This document shows positions 1 through 8,648 of a stretch of 32,000 bases of DNA, piece after piece. The translations under genes were made by a program, and so were the position numbers. Where the stretch lies: positions 531,431-563,430 of the forward strand of contig CAVOIE010000006.1 of the NCBI GenBank assembly GCA_963696055.1, in the 5' to 3' direction. Origin of the DNA: an uncultured Actinomycetota bacterium (GTDB taxonomy: Bacteria > Actinomycetota > Actinomycetes > Actinomycetales > Micrococcaceae). Under the pieces are notes generated by a model. The model ran no database searches and was not told where the DNA came from. It was given only the letters and a program-made list of their open reading frames with translations. Within the stretch, counting starts at the first letter, position 1; every line of letters begins with the position of its first letter.

Positions 1-37
1 CGCCTTGCATGCTTTTGCCTAGGATCAGGCTTGAAGG

Positions 38-1843
38 TTACTTAACCTTCCACTCCCAGAAGTTCCAGAAGACGCCTGTCTGGTTCGGCTGGTACTTCAC
101 GCCCTCGATGCGGTCGCTGTTGTACGCATCAAGGCCCACGGACTGGAACAGCGGGAGTCCGTAGAAGGAATCCCAGACATGCTTGTCGATCTGGGTAACG
201 AGCTTGTCCTGTTCCGCCGCGTCGGTGGTCACGATCAACTCGTCCATCAGCTTGTCGGCTGCCGGCTCCGAGAAGCCATTGAAGTTGGAGCCCGCGTCGG
301 TCTTGAAGATCTGCGGAACGCCGGAGACGCCCACGCCAGGCGAGGTCCAGCCGAAGATCGTCGCGTCGTAGGTTCCGTTGCCCAACGCAGCACCCCAGTC
401 GGAGGCGCCCAAACCGCCGTCGACAATCTTGAAGCCTGCCTTCTCGGCGGATTCCTGGATCAGCGCGTAGGCGTCGGCGCGGTTGGGGTTGTCCTTGTTG
501 TACATGATCCGGACTTCCGGCTTGGCGCCGGCCAGGAGCTTCTTGGCGCCCTCGATGTCCGCTTCGGTGTAGTTCCCGGAGCCGTTGCTGGCTGCGGAGG
601 CCTCGTAGGCGTCCTGGGCCGGGACGAAGAACTGCGAGTCCAGCGGTGCGGCGTCCGCCTTGAGCGGCTTCACGATGCGGTCAACGATCGCCTGGCGGGG
701 AATGGCCTTCATGAAGGCCTCGCGGACGCTGGCTTCCTTGAACACACCCTTGTAGTTCAAGTCGATGTGGTCATAGGCGAGCTGGTCCTCGACGTCCACG
801 GTGACGCCGGCGATGCCTTGCAGCAGTTCCACGGTGTCCGCCGAGGGCTGCGGGGCGATGATGTCCACCTCGCCGTTCTTCAGGGCGCTGACCTGGTCCG
901 GGGCGGCACCGATGAAGCGGATGGTCACTTCATCAACCGACGGCTGCGGTCCGAAGGTGTAGGACTCATTGCGAACCAGGGTGATCGACTGATCCGGAGT
1001 AATCGAATCAACGACGAACGGGCCGCTGGAGAGGTAGAGCGACTCATCGGTGGGCAGCGACTTGGTATCGAAGCCCGTATTCCAGAAATCCGCGACGGCC
1101 TTCAGATCCTTGTTCTCCTTGGCCGGATCATCCGGGTTTCCGCGCTTCAAGCCCTGGATGAGGTCGACGAGGGCCTGCTCGTCGGCCAAGCCGGCCTTCT
1201 CGGCCAGTACGTGGGCCGGCAGTCCGATGCCGCCGTCATTGAGGCCGCCGAAAGCGATCTCCCAGTCAGCGAACGGCTTGGAGTAGGTCAGGGTGATCGA
1301 ACGGCCGTCATCGCCGACCTCGGGCATCTCGGTCAGTCCCAGCCCGCTGGTGTCGCCGGCGAAGTCGAAGTAGCTGGTTCCGCTGGTGACGTTGCCTTCT
1401 TCGTCCGTCTTGGCGTCGTTGGCATAGCCTGATTCGACCAGCCAGTTCAGCAGCAGGTCGCCGGCGTCAACGGCATTGCCGTCCGACCATTTCGCGCCTT
1501 CGTTCACGGTGTACTTCACCACGAGCGGGTCATCGGAGACCTTCTCGTACTTTCCGAATTCTTCGTTCCGGACCACCTTGAGCTGATTGTCAACGTAGTA
1601 GAAACCGCCGTGCGTCATGTAGGCGATTTTGCCGTTGATGTCGACATTGCCCGTGGCGGAATCCGAGTTGAATGAGCTAAAAGCGTTGGTCTCAGCGACG
1701 CTGATTGAACCGCCGGCTGCGGCCGCGGTGGACTCGCCCGTGCCCTCGGGGGAATTTCCGCCACCCGAAGTCGCACAGGCGCTCAGGGCCAGGGCTGCAA
1801 CAGCCGCGACACCGATAGCTTTGGAAGTACGTCCGAAACGCAT
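38..1843 (-). CDS. ABC transporter substrate-binding lipoprotein, family 5 (DppA/OppA/NikA-type peptide/nickel/opine binding protein); substrate not assignable
   Basis: ORF 38..1948(-) trimmed to the Met at 1843 (cat at 1841-1843). That Met is preceded by GGAGG (revcomp of cctcc at 1848-1852). The N-terminus MRFGRTSKAIGVAAVAALALSACATSGG is a signal peptide plus lipobox (LSAC). The length of about 600 aa and the overall sequence resemble family-5 solute-binding proteins. Stop is TAA at 38-40. Confidence 0.85.
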   Translation of the reverse strand: MRFGRTSKAIGVAAVAALALSACATSGGGNSPEGTGESTAAAAGGSISVAETNAFSSFNSDSATGNVDINGKIAYMTHGGFYYVDNQLKVVRNEEFGKYEKVSDDPLVVKYTVNEGAKWSDGNAVDAGDLLLNWLVESGYANDAKTDEEGNVTSGTSYFDFAGDTSGLGLTEMPEVGDDGRSITLTYSKPFADWEIAFGGLNDGGIGLPAHVLAEKAGLADEQALVDLIQGLKRGNPDDPAKENKDLKAVADFWNTGFDTKSLPTDESLYLSSGPFVVDSITPDQSITLVRNESYTFGPQPSVDEVTIRFIGAAPDQVSALKNGEVDIIAPQPSADTVELLQGIAGVTVDVEDQLAYDHIDLNYKGVFKEASVREAFMKAIPRQAIVDRIVKPLKADAAPLDSQFFVPAQDAYEASAASNGSGNYTEADIEGAKKLLAGAKPEVRIMYNKDNPNRADAYALIQESAEKAGFKIVDGGLGASDWGAALGNGTYDATIFGWTSPGVGVSGVPQIFKTDAGSNFNGFSEPAADKLMDELIVTTDAAEQDKLVTQIDKHVWDSFYGLPLFQSVGLDAYNSDRIEGVKYQPNQTGVFWNFWEWKVK

Positions 1844-2234
1844 TCCGCCTCCTTGTTTCTGTCTCTGAAAGGTCCCCGGCAGTGCTGCAGAGGACGGACA
1901 TACACCCCGTCGCCTGAAGTTCAACGAGCTTCCCGCCGAACGTGGCATGTCTCACACGCATTAGAGCGTAAACCGGAACCCCCCGCGTTGGGTATAAAAA
2001 CTTCGCTTCAGATCCGGTTGTTATCGAGATGCAACCTTATGGCCACGGCCCGTCTCCGCCGGAAACATGGCCGTCATAGTGGCGCAACAACGGAAACGGC
2101 CCGGAAACACGGGGAACCGGGCGCTTCGACCCGTGCCGCCGAAACCAGAAGACAGTTGCCTGAGACAAACTTTAGTTATCGGCTGCTAACTGAACCGTAC
2201 CGGTTGCCGACGCCTTCGATTGGCGGTAATCGGC

Positions 2235-4037
2235 CTATTCCTCAGCCGGACGGAGGAGGGTGCGGTGGCCGGAGTCGAGGCGCCGGGTCCACCCCAGCTC
2301 ATCGAGGTGTTCCAGCAGCGGGACGGCAACACGTCTGGTGGTGTCCAGACTCTGGCGGGCCTCACTGGTCGTGAAGGGCTGCGGCAGGCGGGCCAATGCA
2401 CGCATGGCCATCGCCGGCGCTTGGGGAAGCAGGACCACGCCGCCCGCCAGCCGCAGCAGCCGGCCGCTGCGGCTGGCTGCGGCAAGTTCGCGGTCGCCCA
2501 GCCCCAGGTCCTTCAGGTCGTGGGCCTCCGGCGCGGCGAATGGCCGGGAGCTCAGGCCTCTCTCCACCGCGCGCACGGCCGCCTCCGCGGGTCCGAGGTC
2601 GCCGCGGGATCCCGGGAGGCGGATGAAGCCGCCGTCGTGCTCCAGACCCGCCTCGCGCACCACCGCGTCCAGCAATGCTGCGCCTTCGGGTCCCAGCAAC
2701 TCCCGGGCAGCCCCGCGGGACAGGCCGGCCGACAGTGGGTCCGTCTCCGCAAGCTCCTGGACCGAGAGCCGCAGCCGCCGCTGCCAGGCTTCGAAGACCG
2801 GCTGATGCACCCACCAATCACCAAATGCCTGGACCTGGCCGGGGACCTTTCCGAGGGAAGCAACCCCCATCCGCCGCAAGTGGCTCACGCGGACCGCACC
2901 GCGGCGGACCACTTCGATCAGCGGGTCTCCATCGGGAGACATTACCGCGAGGTTTTGCGCCCGCTTGGCGCTGTCGCCCCGGCGTTTGAGGGCCGGCGGG
3001 TCGACGTCGAGGATTTGCACCCCCGCCAACACCGACCTGCTGTCCGTTGTCCGAAGCACCAATCGGTCCCCGAGCTCAAGCGGCAGTTGCCGATCGAAGG
3101 CGAGCCGGGCATGGTCGCCGTCGAACGAACGCAGCCGGCACGGCACGGCGGCGGTGCCGATATGAGCGACCAGCTCACGCGGCGCCTCGCCGAACGGCGT
3201 ACCCATGGTCCGGCGCACGTCGATCGTGTCCACAACCGGCCAACTGTCCTCGGAGAGAAGGACGTCGCCGCGGTGCACGGCATCGGCGGGTACACCGGAG
3301 CGCAGATTGACTGCCACCCGGCTGGTTGGACCAGCCGAGGGAACCGCTTGATTGCGGCTGTGCAGGGCCCGAACAGACACCGTCCTGAGGTCGTGAGGGC
3401 CATACATCTGCAAACGGTCGCCACGGGTCAGGGTGCCCGCCGCCAGGGTCCCGGTGACCACTGTCCCGGCACCGCTGATGCTGAACGAACGGTCAATCCA
3501 TAAGCGCACCCGCGCCGTGGGGTCGGGCCGCGGTACAGATTCCACCATCTGGTCCAGTACACGGCGCAGCTCATCGAGCCCGGTCCCGGCAACCGCGGAC
3601 ACGGTGACCGCCGGCGCGTTGTGCAGCCCGGTGCCGGCCAACTCGGCGCGCACCCGTGCGAGAACTTCGGCGGCCCGCTCCGGCGCGCGGTCGCTGCGGG
3701 TCAGCACCACTACCCCGTGGCTGATGCCAAACGCGGCGATGGCGTCGCGATGGTCGCTGGATTGTGCCTGCCACCCCTCGTCGACGGCGACGACGAAACA
3801 CACCGCAGGGACGGGCCCGAGGCCGGCCAGCATGTTTCCTAGGAACCGCTCGTGACCCGGCACATCCACGAATGAAACGTCCCTGCCGGATGGAAGCCGG
3901 GTCCAGGCGAAGCCGAGGTCGATGGTCAGGCCCCGCCGCCTTTCTTCAGCCCAACGGTCGGGCTCCATTCCGGTGAGAGCCCGCACGAGGGTGCTCTTAC
4001 CGTGGTCGACGTGTCCGGCGGTGGCCATCACGAACAT
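2235..4037 (-). CDS. selB: Selenocysteine-specific translation elongation factor SelB
   Basis: The GTPase N-terminus MFVMATAGHVDHGKSTLVRALTG...RGLTIDLGFAW...DVPGHERF closely matches the SelB start (E. coli MIIATAGHVDHGKT). A long C-terminal extension is consistent with SECIS-binding winged-helix domains. The gene lies directly after selA: the selA stop is at 4039-4041 and the ATG at 4037. Start is uncertain, with alternative in-frame ATGs at 4067/4064 and 4028. Confidence 0.9.
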   Translation of the reverse strand: MFVMATAGHVDHGKSTLVRALTGMEPDRWAEERRRGLTIDLGFAWTRLPSGRDVSFVDVPGHERFLGNMLAGLGPVPAVCFVVAVDEGWQAQSSDHRDAIAAFGISHGVVVLTRSDRAPERAAEVLARVRAELAGTGLHNAPAVTVSAVAGTGLDELRRVLDQMVESVPRPDPTARVRLWIDRSFSISGAGTVVTGTLAAGTLTRGDRLQMYGPHDLRTVSVRALHSRNQAVPSAGPTSRVAVNLRSGVPADAVHRGDVLLSEDSWPVVDTIDVRRTMGTPFGEAPRELVAHIGTAAVPCRLRSFDGDHARLAFDRQLPLELGDRLVLRTTDSRSVLAGVQILDVDPPALKRRGDSAKRAQNLAVMSPDGDPLIEVVRRGAVRVSHLRRMGVASLGKVPGQVQAFGDWWVHQPVFEAWQRRLRLSVQELAETDPLSAGLSRGAARELLGPEGAALLDAVVREAGLEHDGGFIRLPGSRGDLGPAEAAVRAVERGLSSRPFAAPEAHDLKDLGLGDRELAAASRSGRLLRLAGGVVLLPQAPAMAMRALARLPQPFTTSEARQSLDTTRRVAVPLLEHLDELGWTRRLDSGHRTLLRPAEE

Positions 4038-4038
4038 C

Positions 4039-5370
4039 TCAGGAGCCTGCGGCTCTCGGCCCATCATGGACGTGCGCAAGTGCAGAACGAACGGCGGCAG
4101 CCAGCCGCTCGTCGTCGGCCTCCGGCACACAACGCAGGTCAATCAGGCAGGCGCCGCCGTGGACCCGTGGCAACACCACCGGGTCCCCCGTGCGCAGCGG
4201 GCGGGCGACCGGTTCGGGCAATTGGACAGCCCAGCCCGGCAGCGGGACCCCGGGCGCTCCCCCGCCGCCGACCCTTCCGTCATGCTCGACCACGCGGCCC
4301 CCGGCGGCGGCCGCCAAGCGTTCCGCACGCTCGCGCAGCCGGACCGGGTCGGCGTGCAGCGCAGCTGTCACCGGCGGTTGTTCCCCGATGACGGTCGCTT
4401 CCAAGGCGGCCAGCGTCAGCTTGTCCGCGCGCACCGCCCGCGCCAAGGGATGGCGGGTCAGCCGGGCCATCACTTCGGCACGGCCCAAGGCCAGTCCGGC
4501 TTGCGGGCCGCCCAGGAGTTTGTCCCCGCTGGCGATGACGACGTCGGCGCCAGCGGCCAGCGCGGTGGAGATGTCCGGTTCCGCAGGCAGCATCGGGTCC
4601 GGTGCGAGCAGGCCGCTGCCCAGATCCACAACCAGGGGGACCCGATGTTCGTCGGCCAGCGAGCGGAGCTGGCCGATGCCGACGCCCGAGGTAAAGCCGC
4701 TGACCCGGAAATTGCTGGGATGCACCTTGAGCAGGCAACCGGTTTGCGTGCCGATCGCCGCAGCGTAATCCGCCAGGTGCGTCCGGTTGGTGGTCCCCAC
4801 TTCACGCAAGCGGGCGCCGGTCGATTCAATCAGCTCGGGAAGCCTGAACCCGGCCCCGATCTCGACGAGCTCACCGCGGCTGATCACCACTTCGCCGGCA
4901 CCGGCGAGCGCGGTAGTGGCCAGCACCAAGGCCGCGGCGCCGTTGTTCACCACCAGTGCTTCTTCGGCAGCCGGACAGGCGTCCAGCAAAGCCTGCCGCG
5001 CACCGGCCCCGCGCCGTGATCGCCCACCGGTGGCCAAGTCCATTTCGACGTCGACATAACCGGCCGCCGCCAGCAACGCTTGACGGGCGGCGCCGGAGAG
5101 CGGAGCGCGTCCCAGATTCGTGTGGACGATGACGCCGGTGGCGTTGAGTACGGGCCTGAGCGAGGAGGCTGTGCGGGAAGCTACCGCGGCCAGGACCATC
5201 GCTTCGACGTCTGCCGGGGCAAGGTCGCCACGGCGCGCCTGTTCCTGCACGGCCCGCACGGTGGAACGGATCACGTCGTCGCCGAGCCGGCTGCGTGCAT
5301 CGCGAACCTCTGGATGGGCGAGCAGTTGGTCGGTGCGCGGAATCTGCCGGCGCGGGTCCTCCTGGCCCAC
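4039..5370 (-). CDS. selA: L-seryl-tRNA(Sec) selenium transferase SelA
   Basis: 443-aa ORF with HTNLGRAPLS, VVNNGAAALVLA and the PLP-lysine motif ASGDKLLGGPQAG typical of SelA. GTG start at 5370 is preceded by GGAAGGAGGG (revcomp of 5372-5385). The gene sits 38 nt downstream of tRNA-Sec on the same strand. Confidence 0.93.
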   Translation of the reverse strand: MGQEDPRRQIPRTDQLLAHPEVRDARSRLGDDVIRSTVRAVQEQARRGDLAPADVEAMVLAAVASRTASSLRPVLNATGVIVHTNLGRAPLSGAARQALLAAAGYVDVEMDLATGGRSRRGAGARQALLDACPAAEEALVVNNGAAALVLATTALAGAGEVVISRGELVEIGAGFRLPELIESTGARLREVGTTNRTHLADYAAAIGTQTGCLLKVHPSNFRVSGFTSGVGIGQLRSLADEHRVPLVVDLGSGLLAPDPMLPAEPDISTALAAGADVVIASGDKLLGGPQAGLALGRAEVMARLTRHPLARAVRADKLTLAALEATVIGEQPPVTAALHADPVRLRERAERLAAAAGGRVVEHDGRVGGGGAPGVPLPGWAVQLPEPVARPLRTGDPVVLPRVHGGACLIDLRCVPEADDERLAAAVRSALAHVHDGPRAAGS

Positions 5371-5408
5371 AGACCCTCCTTCCCCGCGTCACCATCAACT
5401 GCAGCGGC

Positions 5409-5503
5409 TGGCGGAAGCGGACGGGAATCGAACCCGCCAGACCGAGGTACTCGGTCTCACCGGTTTTGAAGACCGGGGGGCCCACCAGGACCCGGACGCC
5501 TCC
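5409..5503 (-). tRNA. selC: tRNA-Sec (anticodon UCA, decodes UGA), CCA encoded
   Basis: Minus-strand read: GGAGGCGT-CC-GGGTCC-TGGT-GGGCCC-C-CCGGT-CTTCAAA-ACCGG-TG-AGACCGAG-TAC-CTCGGTCT-G-GCGGG-TTCGATT-CCCGT-CCGCTTCC-G-CCA, 95 nt in total. The D stem is 6 bp with a 4-nt loop. The anticodon loop is CU-UCA-AA. The variable arm is long (8 bp). The acceptor and T helices together total 13 bp. These are all hallmarks of bacterial tRNA-Sec. Confidence 0.92.
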
Positions 5504-5544
5504 ATGAGCATGCTAACACCGCCCGTCGCTCCTATGCTGGACCC

Positions 5545-6558
5545 ATGAAACCGATCACTGGCGTGATGGAAGAACCCGCGGAGGCCGTCCGGCTCACCAC
5601 CTACGCGCACGGCGGAGGCTGTGCCTGCAAGATTCCGCCCGGTGAGCTCGAGGACGTTGTCCGCGGCTTGACCGGACAGGCCGGCCCCGGCGTCCTGGTT
5701 GGGCTCGACGATGGCGATGATGCGTCCGCCGTGCAGGTGGGTAAGGATCTCGCGGTGCTTTCGACGGCGGACTTCTTCACTCCAGTGGTGGACGATGCCT
5801 ATGACTGGGGCCGGATTGCGGCGGCGAACGCCCTCTCCGATATCTATGCCATGGGCGGGCGTCCGATCAGCGCGATCAACCTGGTCGGTTGGCCCCGCGG
5901 CGTCCTGCCGATGGAACTGCTGACCGAAGTGCTGCGAGGCGGGCTGGATGTGGCCTCGGAGGCAGCGTGTCCGGTGACCGGCGGGCACTCGGTCGACGAC
6001 CCCGAACCGAAGTACGGGATGGCGGTGACCGGCATCGCCGCGCCCGGGCAACTCATGCGCAATGACGCGGCCGAGCCGGGGCTGCCGATCACGCTCACCA
6101 AGCCGATTGGCCTGGGTCTGCTCAACAACCGGCACAAGCAGACCGGTGAGGTCTTCGACGAGGCGATCGCCGTGATGACCCAGTTGAACCGGGATGCCGC
6201 GGACGCAGCGTTGCGCAGTGGCGTCCGCGCAGCCACCGACGTCACCGGTTTCGGTTTACTCGGCCACCTCTACAAGATGTGCCGTGCGTCCCGGGTGGGT
6301 GCGGTGATCCACAGCGATGCGGTTCCCCTCATCGCCGGCGCACGGGAAGCGCTCCGGGATGGTTACATCTCCGGGGGCACCCGGCGCAACCTCGACTGGG
6401 TGCGCCCGCACCTGCGCGCGGGAGCAGGCATCACGGAAGATGACCTGCTGGTGCTCGCCGATGCGCAGACGTCGGGCGGCCTGCTCGTGGTCGGCGAGCT
6501 GCCGGGACACCCTGTCGTCGGGCAGACCGTTGCCGGGTCGGGGATTGAAGTGCTCTAG
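5545..6558 (+). CDS. selD: Selenide, water dikinase (selenophosphate synthetase) SelD, Cys-type
   Basis: 337-aa ORF. The N-terminal Gly-rich catalytic loop is YAHGGGCACKIPPGELE (Cys rather than Sec at the reactive position). It has AIR-synthase-like motifs (DDGDDASAV, STADFFTPVVDD). It is divergent from selC-selA-selB. Confidence 0.93.
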   Translation: MKPITGVMEEPAEAVRLTTYAHGGGCACKIPPGELEDVVRGLTGQAGPGVLVGLDDGDDASAVQVGKDLAVLSTADFFTPVVDDAYDWGRIAAANALSDIYAMGGRPISAINLVGWPRGVLPMELLTEVLRGGLDVASEAACPVTGGHSVDDPEPKYGMAVTGIAAPGQLMRNDAAEPGLPITLTKPIGLGLLNNRHKQTGEVFDEAIAVMTQLNRDAADAALRSGVRAATDVTGFGLLGHLYKMCRASRVGAVIHSDAVPLIAGAREALRDGYISGGTRRNLDWVRPHLRAGAGITEDDLLVLADAQTSGGLLVVGELPGHPVVGQTVAGSGIEVL

Positions 6559-6570
6559 CCGGGCACCGGC

Positions 6571-7653
6571 TTATCCGGCGGTCGTGATCGAATCGTCGAC
6601 GATGCCGGCTTTCCGCCGCGCCGCGAGCCGCCGCTTCTGCGGTTCGATCGTGTACCGGGGGTCCTCGGTCGAGCGGATGCCGGCGCGCAGGATTCCGAAC
6701 CGGGTCAGCGCCGAGGCGGTCAGCAGTGCCAGGCCGCAGGCCACCGCCACCGGCCGGTGCCGGCCGCCGGCCAGGACCCCGATGCCGCCGGCCAGGGCCA
6801 GCCGCTGACTCCACCTGAGCATTCGCCCGGGGGCACCCTCGCGGAGGGGTTCGGCAGCCACCGGATCCATGCGCTGCTCCATCACCCGCATGGCGATCAC
6901 ATCAGCGGATACGCCCAGTGCCGCGAGCGCGCGGGCGGGCCCGGCTTCCTGGGCGGGCGTGGTGATCATGGCAAGACCGGCCGCGGCGAGGCTGGCGGAA
7001 CCCACGAAGACGAAGGGCAGATCTTCGCGCGCCGCGTTCCAGGTCGGGTTGGCGGTGTCCGACAACAGAACGGCGGTGTAGGCGGAGAGCGGGGTTGCGA
7101 ACAGGGCCGCCTCCACCCCGGCCGGCCCCTCCATCACGCGCAACATCCGGCGCAGCGGCCCCAGCGGGAGCCGTGATCCGGTCAGGCGGTCAAGCTCGGA
7201 CGCGGCCGTGATTCCGACCCCGGCGCTGAACGCGGCGAGGATCCAGGAGCCAAGGCTCATCGGAGACGTGGGCTTGATGGTGCGCAGCATGTTGAGGAAT
7301 CGTTCCGGCCGGCCCAGATCGGCCACCAGCGCAGCGGCACCGATCCCCACCGAGGCCAGGGCGGCCAGCCGGCTGTTGCGGCACAGCGTCGGCCTGCCCG
7401 TGAGCTGCCCGCCGAGTCCCAGCAGCGCCGAGCCGCCGGCCACGCCGCCCAGGAAGAGGTAAGCGCCGATCGGGTCGCCCCACGGCGGCGGTTTGACCAC
7501 GGGCCGGCCGTAGTAGGAGGCGAATTCCGGTTCCGGCACCATCGGCATTTCGCCGGAGCCGTCCCCCGTTCCGGCGCGCCGCCGCTTGCCTCCCCGCCTG
7601 GACCGGCGGGGCGGTTCGGGCGGGCGGTAGTTGTCGAAGTCGGAGACGGTCAA
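6571..7653 (-). CDS. NrfD/PsrC-like polytopic membrane subunit associated with the formate dehydrogenase
   Basis: The protein is rich in Gly/Ala/Leu with many predicted TM segments (GAYLFLGGVAGGSALLGLGG, LAALASVGIGAAALVADL and others). Its TTG start at 7653 overlaps the stop of the upstream 4Fe-4S gene (TTGA at 7650-7653). Position and composition fit NrfD-type quinone-interacting subunits. Start is uncertain, with in-frame ATGs at 7548 and 7542. Confidence 0.7.
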   Translation of the reverse strand: MTVSDFDNYRPPEPPRRSRRGGKRRRAGTGDGSGEMPMVPEPEFASYYGRPVVKPPPWGDPIGAYLFLGGVAGGSALLGLGGQLTGRPTLCRNSRLAALASVGIGAAALVADLGRPERFLNMLRTIKPTSPMSLGSWILAAFSAGVGITAASELDRLTGSRLPLGPLRRMLRVMEGPAGVEAALFATPLSAYTAVLLSDTANPTWNAAREDLPFVFVGSASLAAAGLAMITTPAQEAGPARALAALGVSADVIAMRVMEQRMDPVAAEPLREGAPGRMLRWSQRLALAGGIGVLAGGRHRPVAVACGLALLTASALTRFGILRAGIRSTEDPRYTIEPQKRRLAARRKAGIVDDSITTAG

Positions 7654-8648
7654 CGGCGGCCTCCAGCCAAGAAGGCCGCGGCGGTGGCCGCCAGCATGCC
7701 GGCCGCAGCGAGTCCCGCCCGCTTGAACATCCGCGGCAGGTCGGCGGTGGGCACGCGCGGATCCGGCGGCAGACCGTACACCTCGGGCTCATCCAGCAGC
7801 AGGAACACGGAGCCGGTGCCACCGACCCCGTCGCCGTCGTTGGCCCCGTAGAGGCGCGCCTCCGTCAGCCCCTGCGAATGCAGTTCGGCCACCCGCTGTT
7901 TCGCAGCGCCCACCATCTCCTCGCGCTCGCCGTACTTGATCGACGTCGTCGGGCAGGCCTGGGCACAAGCTGGCGTCTGGCCATCAACCATCCGGTCGTA
8001 ACACAGCGTGCATTTCTGGGCGACGCCTACGTTGCGGGTCGGCGCCTGCTCCCCCGGGGTGAAGTCACGTTGTGCCTTCACCCCCGCCGTGCCATCGCTG
8101 CGCCGCTCGATGACGCCGAACGGGCAGCCTGCCACGCAGGTGCCGCACCCGTTGCAGACATCGTCCTGCACCACAACGGTGCCGTGCTCGGTGCGGAACA
8201 GTGCACCGGTCGGGCACACGTCGAGGCACCCGGCGTTGGTGCAGTGTTTGCACACATCGGAGGACATCAGCCACCTGAAATCGGGCGTTTCCGGCGGTGC
8301 CGTATCCGCGGCGGACGGCTCCCCCGCGGCGCCGGGGTTTCCCGGCGGCCCGATGCCAGGCATGCCGAGGCTGACGAGCGCCCGTCCGGAGTCGCGTGCC
8401 TTTTCGATGTGCTCGCGGTCCTGCTCGATGAAGGCGACATGGCGCCACGTGTCGGCTCCCAAGGCGCCGGTGTTGTCGTAGGAGGACTCGAGCAGTTCGT
8501 ACTCCGAGTCGTGGGGGTTGCGGTTCCATTCCTTGCAGGCCACTTCACACGCTTTGCAGCCGATGCAAATCGAGGTGTCGGTGAAAAAGCCCTTGCGCGG
8601 GTGTCCCGTGTGCGGAATGTGGCCGGGAGCTTCGGTCAGCTTGTTCAT
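7650..8648 (-). CDS. Formate dehydrogenase iron-sulfur (beta, FdnH/HybA-like) subunit, 4x[4Fe-4S] ferredoxin-type
   Basis: Four ferredoxin-type Cys clusters are present: CIGCKACEVACKEWN, CKHCTNAGCLDVCP, CNGCGTCVAGCP and CTLCYDR...CAQACP. There is a C-terminal hydrophobic anchor (AGLAAAGMLAATAAAFLAGG). The ATG at 8648 immediately follows the TAA (8649-8651) of the alpha gene, with AGGGAAGG upstream. Confidence 0.87.
   Translation of the reverse strand: MNKLTEAPGHIPHTGHPRKGFFTDTSICIGCKACEVACKEWNRNPHDSEYELLESSYDNTGALGADTWRHVAFIEQDREHIEKARDSGRALVSLGMPGIGPPGNPGAAGEPSAADTAPPETPDFRWLMSSDVCKHCTNAGCLDVCPTGALFRTEHGTVVVQDDVCNGCGTCVAGCPFGVIERRSDGTAGVKAQRDFTPGEQAPTRNVGVAQKCTLCYDRMVDGQTPACAQACPTTSIKYGEREEMVGAAKQRVAELHSQGLTEARLYGANDGDGVGGTGSVFLLLDEPEVYGLPPDPRVPTADLPRMFKRAGLAAAGMLAATAAAFLAGGRR

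Noticed and set aside
1844-2234. Riboswitch or sRNA in the 390-nt, locally AT-richer spacer between selB and the family-5 SBP gene
   Set aside because: Only short 5-bp stems (AACCG-gta-CGGTT, CCCGG...CCGGG) and unconvincing promoter hexamers (TTGCAT, TATACC with wrong spacing) were found. Nothing there can be supported by eye.
5371-5544. tRNA-adjacent genomic island or integrase attachment site
   Set aside because: There is no integrase or recombinase ORF, no direct repeat of the tRNA 3' end and no compositional break that I could see. The flanking genes (selA, selD) are the expected functional partners of tRNA-Sec.
5395-6135. 246-aa minus-strand ORF overlapping the tRNA-Sec region and selD
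   Set aside because: It is antisense to selD and runs through the tRNA gene. Its composition is typical of a spurious high-GC ORF.
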